Source of the DNA: Abditibacteriaceae bacterium
Lineage (GTDB): Bacteria > Armatimonadota > Abditibacteriia > Abditibacteriales > Abditibacteriaceae
Direction: 5' to 3'
Assembly: GCA_965277285.1 (NCBI GenBank)
Contig: OZ255721.1
Coordinates: forward strand, 480,001-544,000
DNA: 64,000 nt
Below the pieces are notes generated by a model. That model did not search any database, was not told the DNA's origin, and saw nothing but the letters and a program-made list of their open reading frames with translations. A program made the translations under genes and the position numbers. Below are positions 28,640 through 39,519 of this stretch, piece by piece. Each line of letters opens with the position of its first letter. The first letter of the stretch is position 1.

Positions 28640-30928
28640 TCAGCAGTCAAGGTGTAAGACCAAGTTTTTTATAAACCCACGAATCCTTGTATCCCAGTGC
28701 AATGGCACGCTTGCCAGGTTCGCATAAAAAACACCGTTGTCCGGCTTAGCTTTGATGGCTTCACGAAAGGCCGCTTCGGCGTCGCTGTATTTTTCCGCGT
28801 TGTAAAGGGAAGTCCCCAATATATCCGGGTAAATGCCGTCCTTGGGATCGAGGCGGGCTGCCTCGCGGTATTCTACGATGGCTTCATCCGTACGCAGTTG
28901 CTTGTCCAAAGCTTGGGCGAGCCAATAACGCTTCAAAGCGTCGTCCGGTTCGAGAGCCGTTGCGCTGCGATACAGCGATTCCGCAACAGCGAAGCGTTTC
29001 AAGTCGAAATAAACAGAACCCAAAACGAAAAGCTGCTTAGACTTCAAGCGAATCGCCTCGTTGAATTCGGGCGTCGCTTCGGCGAGCTTGCTCTGCTTGA
29101 ACAACGCTTCGCCTAAGCCAAAATGACAGAATGCGTTGTTGCTGTTCAGTTTGATGCCTTCGCGGTATTGCGCTTCGGCCTCCGCCCATTTCTCCTGCTT
29201 CAACAGAGCATCACCCAACTTGCGGCGATAATCTAACCATTGAGGAGCGATCTTCACCGCCGCTGCGTAAGCCGTTGCCGCGTCCGCCCATTTCTCCTGC
29301 TTCATCAGCATATCGCCCCACAAAGCCAAGATCGAATAGTCGTTCGGTTGAAGTTGTGAAGCCGCGCGGTATTCAGCTTCGGCTTCGCTCCATTTCTGGC
29401 CTTGCGCCAGGATGTAGCCAATCAACTGGTGCGTTGCTGCACCAGGCGCGAGTACCAACGCCTTGCGCGCTTCAAGTTCGGCATCGGTGAGCTTGTTTTG
29501 CTTCCACAATGCTTGGGCCAAGTCAAAGAGAAGATCGGCCCTATCGTTCGCATCTTGATTAGCCGTTAACGCCGAACGATAGGTTACTTCGGCTTCCCCA
29601 AAACGGTTTTGCTCCAGAAGATTAGTGCCTAGATTGCGTAAGTCATTAGAGAGGTTCTCGGGTTTATCAAGTCTCAAAGTCGTCCGCCATTCGGCATCCG
29701 CTTCGAGCAGCCTCTTCTGCTCGTATAATATCAGCGCCAAACAAAAATGTGAATATGCATCATCGGGCCTTTGGCTCACCAGTTGACGAAAGGCATATTC
29801 GGCATCAAGATACTTGCCTTCCTTCCTCAATGCGCTTCCCGCCTGATAAATACGTTCCAGTTGCTGTCCTTCCGCTGCGAGCCGCTTGCGTTCCACACGA
29901 CTTGCCAAGATGTCATCTTCAATGCGTTGTGCCCTTGCCTCGAGAGACTTCTGTTTGTCAATGGCACTCTGCGCAGCTATGTTAGCGATACTCGCAGAAA
30001 AACGACCTGCTTGTGTATCCGGCTGATGGTTCGCTGCATTAAGGTAACTAACAGCAGTGTCGTAGCTGCTTTGCGCATCGGCCATAACTTGCTTGTATTC
30101 GTTTAACGCTTTGTCTTCGTCCGCTGCCATCGCATTGAGTTTTTCAGCCGTTCCGTAAACGCTGGTGTCCTCCTTGAACTTGGCCATGTACTCGTTAACA
30201 ACTGCGCTGCGGTCGCCCAACACGACTTTAGGATAGACGCGCGGACGCTTCGGGTCGTCTTCCCACGCCAGGGCTTTTTGCAACGCGGCATCGTTGGCTG
30301 CTTGCGCTTCCTGCATCGCTTTTTGCGCAGCGGGTCGAGCAATAGCGGCATCCACGGCGGCCTTCTTTGTTGCTGCGGCCAAGCGTTCGGCTTCGGCTTT
30401 CTTGAGCGCGAGGTCGTCCGCTTTCTTTTTCTCTGCGGCGGCAAGAATTTTGGCTTCCGCGTCGGCGCGTTCGCCCAACTGATTGCGTGGTACGACTTCC
30501 AGTTCGCCCCACTGCGGATGCGTCGCCGTCATCTTCTTGATACGAACGCTGATGACTTTAATACCGATGGCACGCCGTTCCTTGCTTTCTTCCAGCGCGC
30601 CCGCCTTGAGCGCATACGATTCCGAATGCTGGCTTTTCTTGCCCGTAGCATCGGCAACTTCGGCTTCTACATCGAGCACGACCTCATAAGCATAACGATT
30701 GTGCAACGAGAAGAAGAGATAATCGCCCTCGTGTCTCCAACGCACATCGACACTGTTCCGGTAACCATCTTTGAGTGGCGACCACGCTGTCCAAGCGCCT
30801 GGAAATGCGGGCTTGGGTGCCTGACGGGCAGAACTGTTAAGAGCAGTCTGCGATGGTGAGGCTTTGCCGAGCAATGGTGCGCAAACAGGAATTGCGAAGG
30901 ACAAAACGATGGCTGCAATCTTTTTCAT
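28640..30928 (-). CDS. secreted tetratricopeptide-repeat protein, last repeat appears truncated
   Basis: signal peptide MKKIAAIVLSF, Ala/Lys coiled coil, ~10 TPRs (AEAEYRAA...P...LG). Confidence 0.85.
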   Translation of the reverse strand: MKKIAAIVLSFAIPVCAPLLGKASPSQTALNSSARQAPKPAFPGAWTAWSPLKDGYRNSVDVRWRHEGDYLFFSLHNRYAYEVVLDVEAEVADATGKKSQHSESYALKAGALEESKERRAIGIKVISVRIKKMTATHPQWGELEVVPRNQLGERADAEAKILAAAEKKKADDLALKKAEAERLAAATKKAAVDAAIARPAAQKAMQEAQAANDAALQKALAWEDDPKRPRVYPKVVLGDRSAVVNEYMAKFKEDTSVYGTAEKLNAMAADEDKALNEYKQVMADAQSSYDTAVSYLNAANHQPDTQAGRFSASIANIAAQSAIDKQKSLEARAQRIEDDILASRVERKRLAAEGQQLERIYQAGSALRKEGKYLDAEYAFRQLVSQRPDDAYSHFCLALILYEQKRLLEADAEWRTTLRLDKPENLSNDLRNLGTNLLEQNRFGEAEVTYRSALTANQDANDRADLLFDLAQALWKQNKLTDAELEARKALVLAPGAATHQLIGYILAQGQKWSEAEAEYRAASQLQPNDYSILALWGDMLMKQEKWADAATAYAAAVKIAPQWLDYRRKLGDALLKQEKWAEAEAQYREGIKLNSNNAFCHFGLGEALFKQSKLAEATPEFNEAIRLKSKQLFVLGSVYFDLKRFAVAESLYRSATALEPDDALKRYWLAQALDKQLRTDEAIVEYREAARLDPKDGIYPDILGTSLYNAEKYSDAEAAFREAIKAKPDNGVFYANLASVPLHWDTRIRGFIKNLVLHLDC

Positions 30929-31024
30929 ATCTACTCCCCTGTACAAATCGCTTAGACAGTAACATAAACGCGAGAAAAAATTACGTTTGAGGACAAACGG
31001 TTATATGCGATAAGTAAAGCCGAT

Positions 31025-32227
31025 TTATGAAGGAAACCGAATTGATGCGCGCGTTTCTTTCACAATGCGCGCTGCGTCTTCCGATGTGTTTGCCAAAGCT
31101 GTCAAATGTCCCATTTTGCGCCCGTGACGCGCTTCGGCTTTGCCATATAAATGCAGCTTCACGTTGGGGAACCTTAACGCCGCTTCCCAATTGGGAATCG
31201 AGTACTCGTTATTCGCATCGAACCATAAATCGCCCAGAAGATTCGACATCGCGGCGGGTTGTAAAAGTTGTGTCGAACCCAGAGGCAGACCGCAAACTGC
31301 GCGCAATTGCTGCTCGAACTGACTGGTCACGCACGCATCGAAGCTGAAATGTCCGCTGTTGTGTGGACGCGGCGCCAGTTCGTTGATAATTAATCCGCCG
31401 TTTGGCGTCACAAAAAACTCGACGCACAGCACGCCGACGACATCGAGTTCACGCAAAACCGACTGCGCGATTTCAATCGCTTCCGCAGCGACGCATTCGT
31501 CCAAAAGCGCGGGCGCAATCGTCAAATCCAAAATGCCGTTCGTGTGTTGGTTTTCCACCACGCCATAATGCGCGAAACTTCCATTTAAACCGCGCGCGGC
31601 GACAACCGACACTTCTTTATCGAATGAAATGCGCTTTTCCAAAACGCCATCTTGTCCATTCAACTCCGCAAAGGCGTTTTCTGCTTGCTCGATATGGGAA
31701 ATCGAAGTCTGGCCTTTGCCGTCGTAGCCGAAACCGGCGGTTTTGAGAATCGCAGGCGCGCCGATGGTTTGAAGAGCTTGCGTCAGATCATCGAGTACTC
31801 GAATGTGCGCAAAGGGCGCGACGGGAAAACCGTGTTGCAAAAGCCATTGTTTCTCGCGCAAACGGTGCTGTGTGATGTGCAAGACTTCGCCGCGCGGACG
31901 CACCGGCGCCTTTTCTTCAGCGGCCTGAACCGTCGCAAACGGCACGTTTTCAAACTCGAAAGTCACGACATCGACATGGCGCGCGAAATCTCGCACCGCA
32001 TCCAAATCTTCATACGCGGCTTCCACTTCCAAATCGGCGATTTGACCGGTCGGCGTATCGCTATCGGGAGAAAACGTATGAACGCGATAACCCATGCGGC
32101 GCGCGGCGATAGCGAACATACGACCAAGCTGCCCGCTGCCTAAAACGCCCACCGTCGCGCCAGGAAGAATCGGTTTGTCGTTCGCGGTCTTGTTTACCGC
32201 TTGTCTGTTGATCGCTTGCGTGTTCAC
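31025..32227 (-). CDS. purK: N5-carboxyaminoimidazole ribonucleotide synthase
   Basis: [45 protein letters not shown] start overlaps purE TGA. Confidence 0.97.
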   Translation of the reverse strand: MNTQAINRQAVNKTANDKPILPGATVGVLGSGQLGRMFAIAARRMGYRVHTFSPDSDTPTGQIADLEVEAAYEDLDAVRDFARHVDVVTFEFENVPFATVQAAEEKAPVRPRGEVLHITQHRLREKQWLLQHGFPVAPFAHIRVLDDLTQALQTIGAPAILKTAGFGYDGKGQTSISHIEQAENAFAELNGQDGVLEKRISFDKEVSVVAARGLNGSFAHYGVVENQHTNGILDLTIAPALLDECVAAEAIEIAQSVLRELDVVGVLCVEFFVTPNGGLIINELAPRPHNSGHFSFDACVTSQFEQQLRAVCGLPLGSTQLLQPAAMSNLLGDLWFDANNEYSIPNWEAALRFPNVKLHLYGKAEARHGRKMGHLTALANTSEDAARIVKETRASIRFPS

Positions 32228-32757
32228 GAATTGTTCTCCGATGTTGGCAGCGAAAGTTGCGGCGGCACAACCGATTCGAGTACTCGATCCATTTGATTCG
32301 CCCGAAAATCGCGCAACTTTTCGCGCAGTTCGGGGCGCGAGTTCGCTAAAATCGCAATCGCTAAAAGCGCTGCGTTGGTGGCGCCCGCGTTGCCGATGGC
32401 TAATGTTCCAACCGGAATTCCTGCTGGCATTTGCACGATGGAAAGCAGCGAATCCTGACCTTTCATGACGCGACTTTCGACGGGCACGCCGAGAACCGGC
32501 AGCAGCGTTTGCGCGGCGCACATTCCGGGCAAATGTGCCGCGCCGCCCGCGCCCGCGATGACGACTTCCAAGCCGCGCGTTTCGGCGGATTTCGCGTACT
32601 CGAAAAGCAAATCGGGCGTGCGATGCGCTGAAACGACGCGGCATTCGTGAGGTACGCCGAATTGATTCAAGGTTTCATGCGCATGCTTCATGGTGTCCCA
32701 ATCGGACGTGCTGCCCATGATGATGCCGACGAGGGGTTGGTTTTCGTTTTGATTCAC
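32224..32757 (-). CDS. purE: N5-CAIR mutase
   Basis: [38 protein letters not shown]. Confidence 0.98.
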   Translation of the reverse strand: MNQNENQPLVGIIMGSTSDWDTMKHAHETLNQFGVPHECRVVSAHRTPDLLFEYAKSAETRGLEVVIAGAGGAAHLPGMCAAQTLLPVLGVPVESRVMKGQDSLLSIVQMPAGIPVGTLAIGNAGATNAALLAIAILANSRPELREKLRDFRANQMDRVLESVVPPQLSLPTSENNS

Positions 32758-32800
32758 GGGCGCAATTTTAACCTAAAGCGACCAAATCGTATAATCTCCC

Positions 32801-32868
32801 GTAGGGGTTTGGCGTGCCAAGCCCGAAATGCGGCGTCGAGGTCAGGGCTTGGCACGCCAAGCCCCTAC
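32801..32868. repeat. GTAG-type REP doublet (family C) copy 2
   Basis: GTAGGGGTTTGGCGTGCCAAGCCC ... GGGCTTGGCACGCCAAGCCCCTAC. Confidence 0.85.
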
Positions 32869-32903
32869 GGTTCCTCATATAAAAGTTAAGGTTTTTGAGG
32901 CTT

Positions 32904-34649
32904 ATGAATATCTTCCAACCGCGCGCTTTTCGCGTGTTCGTTTCCCTGCTGGCGTTTCCCCTGATGACGCTTTCCGTGCCCGCGATGGCCGCGCCAAAGA
33001 CAAGCGACGACGCATCTGCCTTGCCGCCCTTCGACATCGGCACGTTGCCGCGACTTCCTTCGCCAAATTTGCCCGCGACTTCCGCAACGCCGACGCCTCG
33101 CGGTGCAACTTTTCCGACGCAAAACAATGGCGTTCCCACGGCTTTGCCGTCTGCGACTTTGACGCGTTTGAACGGGCTTTTATCAGCGCCGGAAATGGCG
33201 GACGCACACGTCGGCATTTGCATTCGTGCGCTGGGACACGTGCAAAACACCGACGATTTTCCTTCAAGGCCTTACGCCAACAACGCGCAACCGATTTTGT
33301 TTTCCAGCGACGGCGACAAGCGTTTTCTGCCAGCCTCCAATATGAAATTGTTCACGGCGGCGTTGGCGTTAAAAACATTAGGCGCCGAAAAAACCTTTGC
33401 GACGCGCGTTTGGGTGCAATCGAGTACTCGAAATGGCGGCGCGACATTGTACATCGTCGGTGGTGGCGATCCGTCTTTGGCGATTGACGATTTGCGGCAA
33501 ATGGCGCGCGATGTTCGCCAGAAAGGAATCACGCGCGTGACACAAATCGTGGCTGATACGAGTTTGTTTCGCGCCGAAACGATGGGCGAGCGTTATCCCG
33601 ACGGCTGGACTTTGGACGATTCGATCTGGTATTACGGCGCCGAAGTCAGCGCGCTCGCGCTCGAACGCAATCAGGTCGATGTCACAATTACTGGCACGCG
33701 CAAAGGCCAGGCGGCGCGAGTCGAAGTCGCGCCGTTTGTGCCAGGTTTCATGGTTGGCGATGGCATTGTTGCCGATGTCAAAACTGGCGGACGCGAACTG
33801 AAAAAGTTGGGCGAAAGCGACTTGATTCAATTCGAGCGTTCGGATGCCAGTAACGCGTTGGGAACCAGATTGTATGTGCGCGGGCAAATTGCGCCCGGGC
33901 AAGTCATCACCGATGGTTTGGCGATGCCGAATGTGGCGCGCATCGTCGCCCAGACTTTTGCGCGGCAACTGAGCGCGCAAAATATTCAGGTCAGCGGAAC
34001 CGCTGTCGCCGGAACGATGCCGCCAGACGGCACGGAAATCGTCGCGCAACACGATTCGCAGCCGTTGCGCGTTCTTATCCAACGTTTTCTGAAGAAATCG
34101 GACAACCTTTACGGCGAAATGCTGCTGCGCGATGTCGGCGTGACAATTCCTGAAAGCGCGGGCAAAGGTGGCAACACCAGCGATGAAGGTTCGGGCAACG
34201 GCATCGCCAGCACGGGAATCGCGGCGCGCGCGCACCAAGCGTTGCTCGATTGGCTGAACCAAATCGACGTTCCAACCGACGGCTTGCGTTTATCCGACGG
34301 TTCCGGGTTGAGTCGCTACGATTTGGTGACGCCGCGCGCGATGGTTTCGCTGCTGGCCGCGACCGAAAAGTTGAAAGGCAGCGACGCTTTTTGGAACGCT
34401 TTGCCAATTGCTGGAGCCGACGGAACTTTGAAAAATCGCATGGCGAACACGCGCGCCGCCAACAATGTGCGCGCCAAAACCGGCACGTTTTCGATTGCGA
34501 GTTGCCTTTCGGGTTATGTCACAACGCGCGACGGACAACGCCTGGCGGTTTCAATTTTGACCAATTTCGCGCGTAATGGCGACCAATCGCGCCAAATGCA
34601 AAACGATATTTTTGCGGCTCTGGCGGACGCGAGTTGGAGCGGTTCTTAA
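32904..34649 (+). CDS. dacB: D-alanyl-D-alanine carboxypeptidase/endopeptidase (PBP4, peptidase S13)
   Basis: PASNMK (SxxK), GGGDPSL, KKSDN (SxN), DGSGLSR, AKTGT. Confidence 0.95.
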   Translation: MNIFQPRAFRVFVSLLAFPLMTLSVPAMAAPKTSDDASALPPFDIGTLPRLPSPNLPATSATPTPRGATFPTQNNGVPTALPSATLTRLNGLLSAPEMADAHVGICIRALGHVQNTDDFPSRPYANNAQPILFSSDGDKRFLPASNMKLFTAALALKTLGAEKTFATRVWVQSSTRNGGATLYIVGGGDPSLAIDDLRQMARDVRQKGITRVTQIVADTSLFRAETMGERYPDGWTLDDSIWYYGAEVSALALERNQVDVTITGTRKGQAARVEVAPFVPGFMVGDGIVADVKTGGRELKKLGESDLIQFERSDASNALGTRLYVRGQIAPGQVITDGLAMPNVARIVAQTFARQLSAQNIQVSGTAVAGTMPPDGTEIVAQHDSQPLRVLIQRFLKKSDNLYGEMLLRDVGVTIPESAGKGGNTSDEGSGNGIASTGIAARAHQALLDWLNQIDVPTDGLRLSDGSGLSRYDLVTPRAMVSLLAATEKLKGSDAFWNALPIAGADGTLKNRMANTRAANNVRAKTGTFSIASCLSGYVTTRDGQRLAVSILTNFARNGDQSRQMQNDIFAALADASWSGS

Positions 34650-34688
34650 AGGCCGCGTGCAAACTGAAAAATAATGTTGGGAAGTGAC

Positions 34689-34774
34689 AGTTTGTCATTC
34701 TGAGCGCAGTCCGCCCAAAGGGCACCCGAATCTCATTGGAGTTAGATTCTTCGCTGCGCTCAGAATGACAAACT
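34689..34774. repeat. TGTCATTCTGAGCG-type inverted repeat (family D) copy 1
   Basis: AGTTTGTCATTCTGAGCGCAG ... CTGCGCTCAGAATGACAAACT. Confidence 0.8.
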
Positions 34775-35006
34775 CCTAATTTTGCGCGTTTTTGTTGCTA
34801 ATTTCCTTTTTCCTATACACCCTCTTAGGATGACAAACTGTTGCTTCAAGGCACAATTGCAATTCCTATACACCCTCTCAGACAGGCCAAGTGTGAGAAA
34901 CAGAAATTGCTGTACTGTACGTACCTTCAATCTCTCATGACAAACTTCTGGCGTTCGAGTACTCGATTGTGCGTTTTGGCACACTCTTGACAAAAGCGCG
35001 ATTTTG

Positions 35007-35035
35007 TTGCAGAGAGACGGGAAATCGGGTAAAAT
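35007..35035 (+). promoter_or_regulatory. candidate sigma70 promoter for the HEAT-repeat gene
   Basis: TTGCAG-17 bp-TAAAAT. Confidence 0.45.
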
Positions 35036-35101
35036 AGACAGGCATTTTCTCCAGACTTTCGTCTGATTTTGCCTCCATTCCCTTTGAAGGACTTTGCTCC
35101 T

Positions 35102-36619
35102 ATGTCATCCGCTCCCGACGTTTCTCCCGCTGAACTCGAAGAAAAAGAAGAAAAAGCTGTGCGCCCGACGGCTGCTCAAGAAACGCGCCTGCAAGAACTT
35201 TTGCTCGAACTCGAAGGCAAAAGCGAAACCGCGCAACGCCCAATTGTCGATGAGATTCTGCTCATTGGGCCTGCTGCGATTCGTACGCTGGCCAAAGCGC
35301 TCAATTCGGGCGCCACGTTTCAAGTGCGCATGGCGTCCGCCACTTCGCTTGGCGAATTGCGCGACGAACGATGCGTTGCGCCGCTGGTGCAGGCTCTCGC
35401 CGATACCAGTTTGAATGTGCAGCGCGCGGCGGCTCATGCCTTGTCGTTGTTGGGCGCTCCGGCGGTCGAACCGTTATTGATTTCGCTCGATTCTCCGGAC
35501 GATTCCGTACGTCGCTGGGCGGGCGAAGTGTTGGGCAAGCTGGGCAAGAAAAGCGTGGCGGCTGAACTGATTTCGCGCTTGCCCAAAGAAACTGTCGAAG
35601 TGCAGAAAGCGATGATTATCGCGTTGGGTGAGCTGGGTTCGGTCAAGGCGACCTTGCCGTTGATGGGTTTTCTTGCTTCAGAAAACATTGATCTGGTGCG
35701 CTATGCCGCCGAATCGTTGGGGCGTTTGGGCGATGCGCGCGGCATCGAGAACTTGATTCAATGTTTGGATTCGCCGTCTGTCGATGTGCGCAAAGCCGCA
35801 GCAGACGCGCTGGTAAAAATCGGCGAAGAATCGGTTCCAGCTTTGATGAAGGCGCTTGAAAGCCCGAATCATACGGTGCGTCGCTGGGCCGCGGAATCGT
35901 TGGGCAGTCTCAAAGACAAGCGCGCCATTGATGCTCTGGTAAAGGGATTGGCTGATGAAAACGTGCGCGTGCGGCGTTACGCGGCTTTGGCGCTGGGACA
36001 AATCGGCGATCCGAAATCCGCGCGGCATTTGCAATCGCTGTTGACCGACCCGATTCAAGACGTGCGCTATTCCGCGGTCAAAGCGGTCGCCGGAATCGGT
36101 GGCAAAGCGAGTTTGGAACCGCTTTCGACTGCGCTGAGCGATCCCGATTGGGTGGTGCGCCTGGCGGCGGCGCAAGGCTTGGGCGAATTGAAAGATAAAG
36201 CCGCGGTTGGCCCATTGTGCACTTCGTTGCGCGACAAAGAATGGAGCGTGCGCTATCATGCGGCATTGTCGCTGGGCGATATTGACGATACCGAAGCGGT
36301 TATTCCTTTGATTAAAGCGCTCAACGATGACCGCGAAGACGTGCGTCGTGGCGTGGTCGAATCGTTGGGACGTTTGGGCGATAAGCGCGCGGTTCCTTCT
36401 TTGGAGCGCCAACGCAAAACCGAATTGAAGAACGACGAACGTTTGGTGATCGCCGTCATCGACACGGTTTTGCCGGGCTTGCGCAAAGGCCGCAAAGTCG
36501 AAGCGCGACCAGAAAACCGTTTCCTGCCGCAACCGATCATCAACTCGGCGACGATCAAACCCAAAGCCGCTATCGCCGCCGCGCGCTCTTCCGCCGCCGC
36601 ACAAGTCGGACAAGGATAG
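35102..36619 (+). CDS. HEAT/PBS-lyase repeat protein
   Basis: >12 repeats of L..AL.D....VR..AA..LG.LGD. Confidence 0.93.
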   Translation: MSSAPDVSPAELEEKEEKAVRPTAAQETRLQELLLELEGKSETAQRPIVDEILLIGPAAIRTLAKALNSGATFQVRMASATSLGELRDERCVAPLVQALADTSLNVQRAAAHALSLLGAPAVEPLLISLDSPDDSVRRWAGEVLGKLGKKSVAAELISRLPKETVEVQKAMIIALGELGSVKATLPLMGFLASENIDLVRYAAESLGRLGDARGIENLIQCLDSPSVDVRKAAADALVKIGEESVPALMKALESPNHTVRRWAAESLGSLKDKRAIDALVKGLADENVRVRRYAALALGQIGDPKSARHLQSLLTDPIQDVRYSAVKAVAGIGGKASLEPLSTALSDPDWVVRLAAAQGLGELKDKAAVGPLCTSLRDKEWSVRYHAALSLGDIDDTEAVIPLIKALNDDREDVRRGVVESLGRLGDKRAVPSLERQRKTELKNDERLVIAVIDTVLPGLRKGRKVEARPENRFLPQPIINSATIKPKAAIAAARSSAAAQVGQG

Positions 36620-36735
36620 TTACGCCAGGCTTCGCCACGCAAAAACGGCGCAACTTCGTCGCTATCTTTAAGAAAAGTTGCGTTGTTTTTGCGAACGAAG
36701 TTAGCGTAACTCTCACGCATCGAGTACTCGATTCT

Positions 36736-37254
36736 ATGGCTAAAGAAAAAAGCAAAAGCAAAGAACCCGACGGCGATTTTACAGTCGCGCAGAATCGGCG
36801 CGGGCGTTACAACTACGAGATCGAGGAATCGCTGGAAGTCGGTTTGTCCTTGACCGGAACCGAAGTGAAAAGTGCGCGCGCCTCGCAAGTGCAAATCGCT
36901 GAAGCGTATGCGCGTCTGGAAGAAGCCTCGTATGGCAAAAAAGGCGGCAAGCGCGCCAAGCGGCCCGAAGTGTGGATTCACGGGATGTTTATCGCGCCTT
37001 ACGAGCAGGGCGGCGTTTTCAATGTCGAACCGCGACGCAAGCGCAAGTTGCTTTTACACCGCGCGCAGATTGACAAACTGGCGGGACGCGTTTCGCAAAA
37101 AGGCTATTCGCTGATTCCGCTCAAACTTTATTTCACGCATGGGCGCGCCAAAATGGAATTGGGCATCGGCAAAGGCCGCAAAACGCACGACAAGCGGCGC
37201 GCCATCACAGAACGCGAAACCAAGCGCGACCTCAGCCGTCACCTTTCGCGCTAA
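36736..37254 (+). CDS. smpB: SsrA-binding protein
   Basis: NRRGRYNYEI, GLSLTGTEVKS, RKRKLLLH, GKGRKTHDKR. Confidence 0.97.
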   Translation: MAKEKSKSKEPDGDFTVAQNRRGRYNYEIEESLEVGLSLTGTEVKSARASQVQIAEAYARLEEASYGKKGGKRAKRPEVWIHGMFIAPYEQGGVFNVEPRRKRKLLLHRAQIDKLAGRVSQKGYSLIPLKLYFTHGRAKMELGIGKGRKTHDKRRAITERETKRDLSRHLSR

Positions 37255-37370
37255 CCTTTCTCGTCATTAATGTTTGCCCGCTGTTTATCACGCACGTTTT
37301 ATCACGCACGTTGCTTCAACGTTCACCGCGACGCCTTGCCGCTTGGCTGACTTCTGGCTTCTAAACATTT

Positions 37371-39368
37371 ATGATTACACAGCGCGCGGTCATCATCGGC
37401 TTTGTCGGGGTGTGTTTTTACCTGGTTGCGCTGGTCAATCAACTGCCGTCGTATTATTCGATTCTCACCTGGCTTTCGATCACGATTTTGGTGTCGTGCG
37501 CGGGCGTCGCGGCGATTTCTCTGCAAGGAATGCGTTGTTCATGGCGCGTTTTGCGTTCGCGCGCGGCGGCTTCACTGGATGCTTCTGCGACGCCGTCGGC
37601 GAACGCCAATCGAGTACTCGATAGCCACGACGACAGCATGGAAAACGGTTCCGGGCCAGTTGTGGAAATCGAACTGGTCAACAAGGGAACTTTGAATAAA
37701 ACGGGCGTCATGGTCGATGTAACGGTTCGCCATTTAACGCGCGATGTGGAATTGACGCGGCGTTTTATGATCGAATCGCTGCCCGCCAACAGCAGCCTGA
37801 TCTCGACTTTGACGTTGCGAGGCCTGCCGCGCGGACGCTACAAAATTGTCGGAATTACACTTGTCGGCGCCGATGTCCTGGGCTTATTTCGCTCACGCCA
37901 AAAAGTTTTTGTCGATGGGAAAAACCCGCGTCGCAAGTTTGTGCCGCGACCTTTGCCTGACCCGGACGCGACCTTTCGTTTTTACGTTGCGATGATCGTG
38001 ATGGGTTTTTTGGCGTTTCTGGTTGGCGTTATCGCGCGGCATTACACGATTTTCGGCGGCTGGGCGGCGACCTTTGGCGGATTGTTAAGCGCTCTGGTGG
38101 GCGCTTCCGGTTTGGCGTCGTGGTGGCGTTCGGTGCAGGCGATGCGCGCGCCGCGTCCACGCGTGAATTGGGACGAAAACGCGCAAAATCAATTATTGGT
38201 CGGGCCAGCGACGGTCGGCGCGGGACGTTTGGTGGGCGCGGCGGCAGCCGAAGAAAGTGGCGCCGAGGCAGTTCAATTTGATGTGCTGGGGCGCGGCGAT
38301 GAGTTGCGCGGCACGCGGCCTTATGTCGCGGGCGACGATCTGCGCACGGTTCACTGGAAATCGACGGCGCGCCTGGGACGTTTGGTAGTCAAAGAATTTC
38401 ATCGTCCGGCGCGCACGCAATGCGCTGTCATCTGGGACGGCTCGGCGGGTGCGGACGCGTCTTCCTCGAAGGGAAACGTGCCGGGCGCGCGTTCGAGTAC
38501 TCGAAAGGCGATCAAGGACTTGCAAAACATGAACGACGATGCGCGACGCGTTGAAATGGCGTTGTCGCTGACGGGTTCGTTATGCCGCGCGTGGCTCGAA
38601 CGCGGCTTGAGTTGTACTTTGTTGTGCCTGGATGAAGGCGGCGCGCGATTAGTTTCGCAGCCTGGAGGACGCGGTCTGACGGCAGCTTACGTCGAAGCGT
38701 TGGCTGAAGCGGACGCCAAGCGTCAAACGCCTTTAGCGAACGCTGTCGCTGCGCGCTTGCGCGACTTGCCGCGCGAAGGCGACGTATTTCTGGTGACGAC
38801 TCAAGCGTTGCAGACAAGTGCAAGCAACGCGATTTTATCCGATGATGTGCGGCGCGCTGCATCGGTATTGAAAAGTCGTGGCGGTCGCGTGACCGTCGTG
38901 GTGGTCGAAAGTGCGCAATCGTCGTCTTCCGCGCAGCGCGAGACCGGCAAAAAGGCGCGCGAAAGCGATACCGTCAAAGGCGATACCGTCAATCGCCTTT
39001 GGACTGACACGAGCGGAGTGCGCGTTGTCAGCGTTGTGCCTCCAGTGGATAGGCGTCGTCCGCGCCGCCGTTTCGCACCATCTGAAGCCAAAGATGAGCG
39101 TCGTCGCCAAGGAAACACCCGCCTTATTCTGGAGCAGAGCGCGCTCAGTGCGGCGCTGGAAACCTTGATGCACTTTGAAACACGTCAGTCTTTTGGCGCC
39201 TTAATGAATGCCGTCACAGATGTTTCCAGCCCAACCGCGCATGGCATGGCTTCCGACAGTGCTTTGGCCAATGGTTCGATGAACGAAGCGTTGAACGGTT
39301 ATGCCAATGGCAACGGCCAGAGCGCCAATAGCAACTCGAACAGTGCCTCAGAACGCCGCAATGTTTGA
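37371..39368 (+). CDS. DUF58-domain membrane protein
   Basis: RGRY...DVLGLF; ELRGTRPYVAGDDLRTVHWKSTARLGRLVVKEF. Confidence 0.9.
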   Translation: MITQRAVIIGFVGVCFYLVALVNQLPSYYSILTWLSITILVSCAGVAAISLQGMRCSWRVLRSRAAASLDASATPSANANRVLDSHDDSMENGSGPVVEIELVNKGTLNKTGVMVDVTVRHLTRDVELTRRFMIESLPANSSLISTLTLRGLPRGRYKIVGITLVGADVLGLFRSRQKVFVDGKNPRRKFVPRPLPDPDATFRFYVAMIVMGFLAFLVGVIARHYTIFGGWAATFGGLLSALVGASGLASWWRSVQAMRAPRPRVNWDENAQNQLLVGPATVGAGRLVGAAAAEESGAEAVQFDVLGRGDELRGTRPYVAGDDLRTVHWKSTARLGRLVVKEFHRPARTQCAVIWDGSAGADASSSKGNVPGARSSTRKAIKDLQNMNDDARRVEMALSLTGSLCRAWLERGLSCTLLCLDEGGARLVSQPGGRGLTAAYVEALAEADAKRQTPLANAVAARLRDLPREGDVFLVTTQALQTSASNAILSDDVRRAASVLKSRGGRVTVVVVESAQSSSSAQRETGKKARESDTVKGDTVNRLWTDTSGVRVVSVVPPVDRRRPRRRFAPSEAKDERRRQGNTRLILEQSALSAALETLMHFETRQSFGALMNAVTDVSSPTAHGMASDSALANGSMNEALNGYANGNGQSANSNSNSASERRNV

Positions 39369-39519
39369 AATTATCTACAAGTTTCTGACCCGTGCGCAGA
39401 AAGTCAATGAAGTACCACAGAATTGCCACGTTGGTATTTTGAGTTTGTGAAGCTTGGCTTGTTATCGAGTACTCGAAATCGAGCCAAGCCAATGGTTTTA
39501 GCTGGAAAATGGTGACATC

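Noticed and set aside
32228..32644. Apparent 139-aa N-terminal extension of PurK
   Set aside because: It overlaps purE in another frame; a GTG at 32227 coupled to the purE stop is the likely start.
36736..37370. tmRNA gene next to smpB
   Set aside because: No GGGG...CCACCA tRNA-like ends, and the gap is too short; no tRNA or rRNA genes were recognised anywhere in the window.
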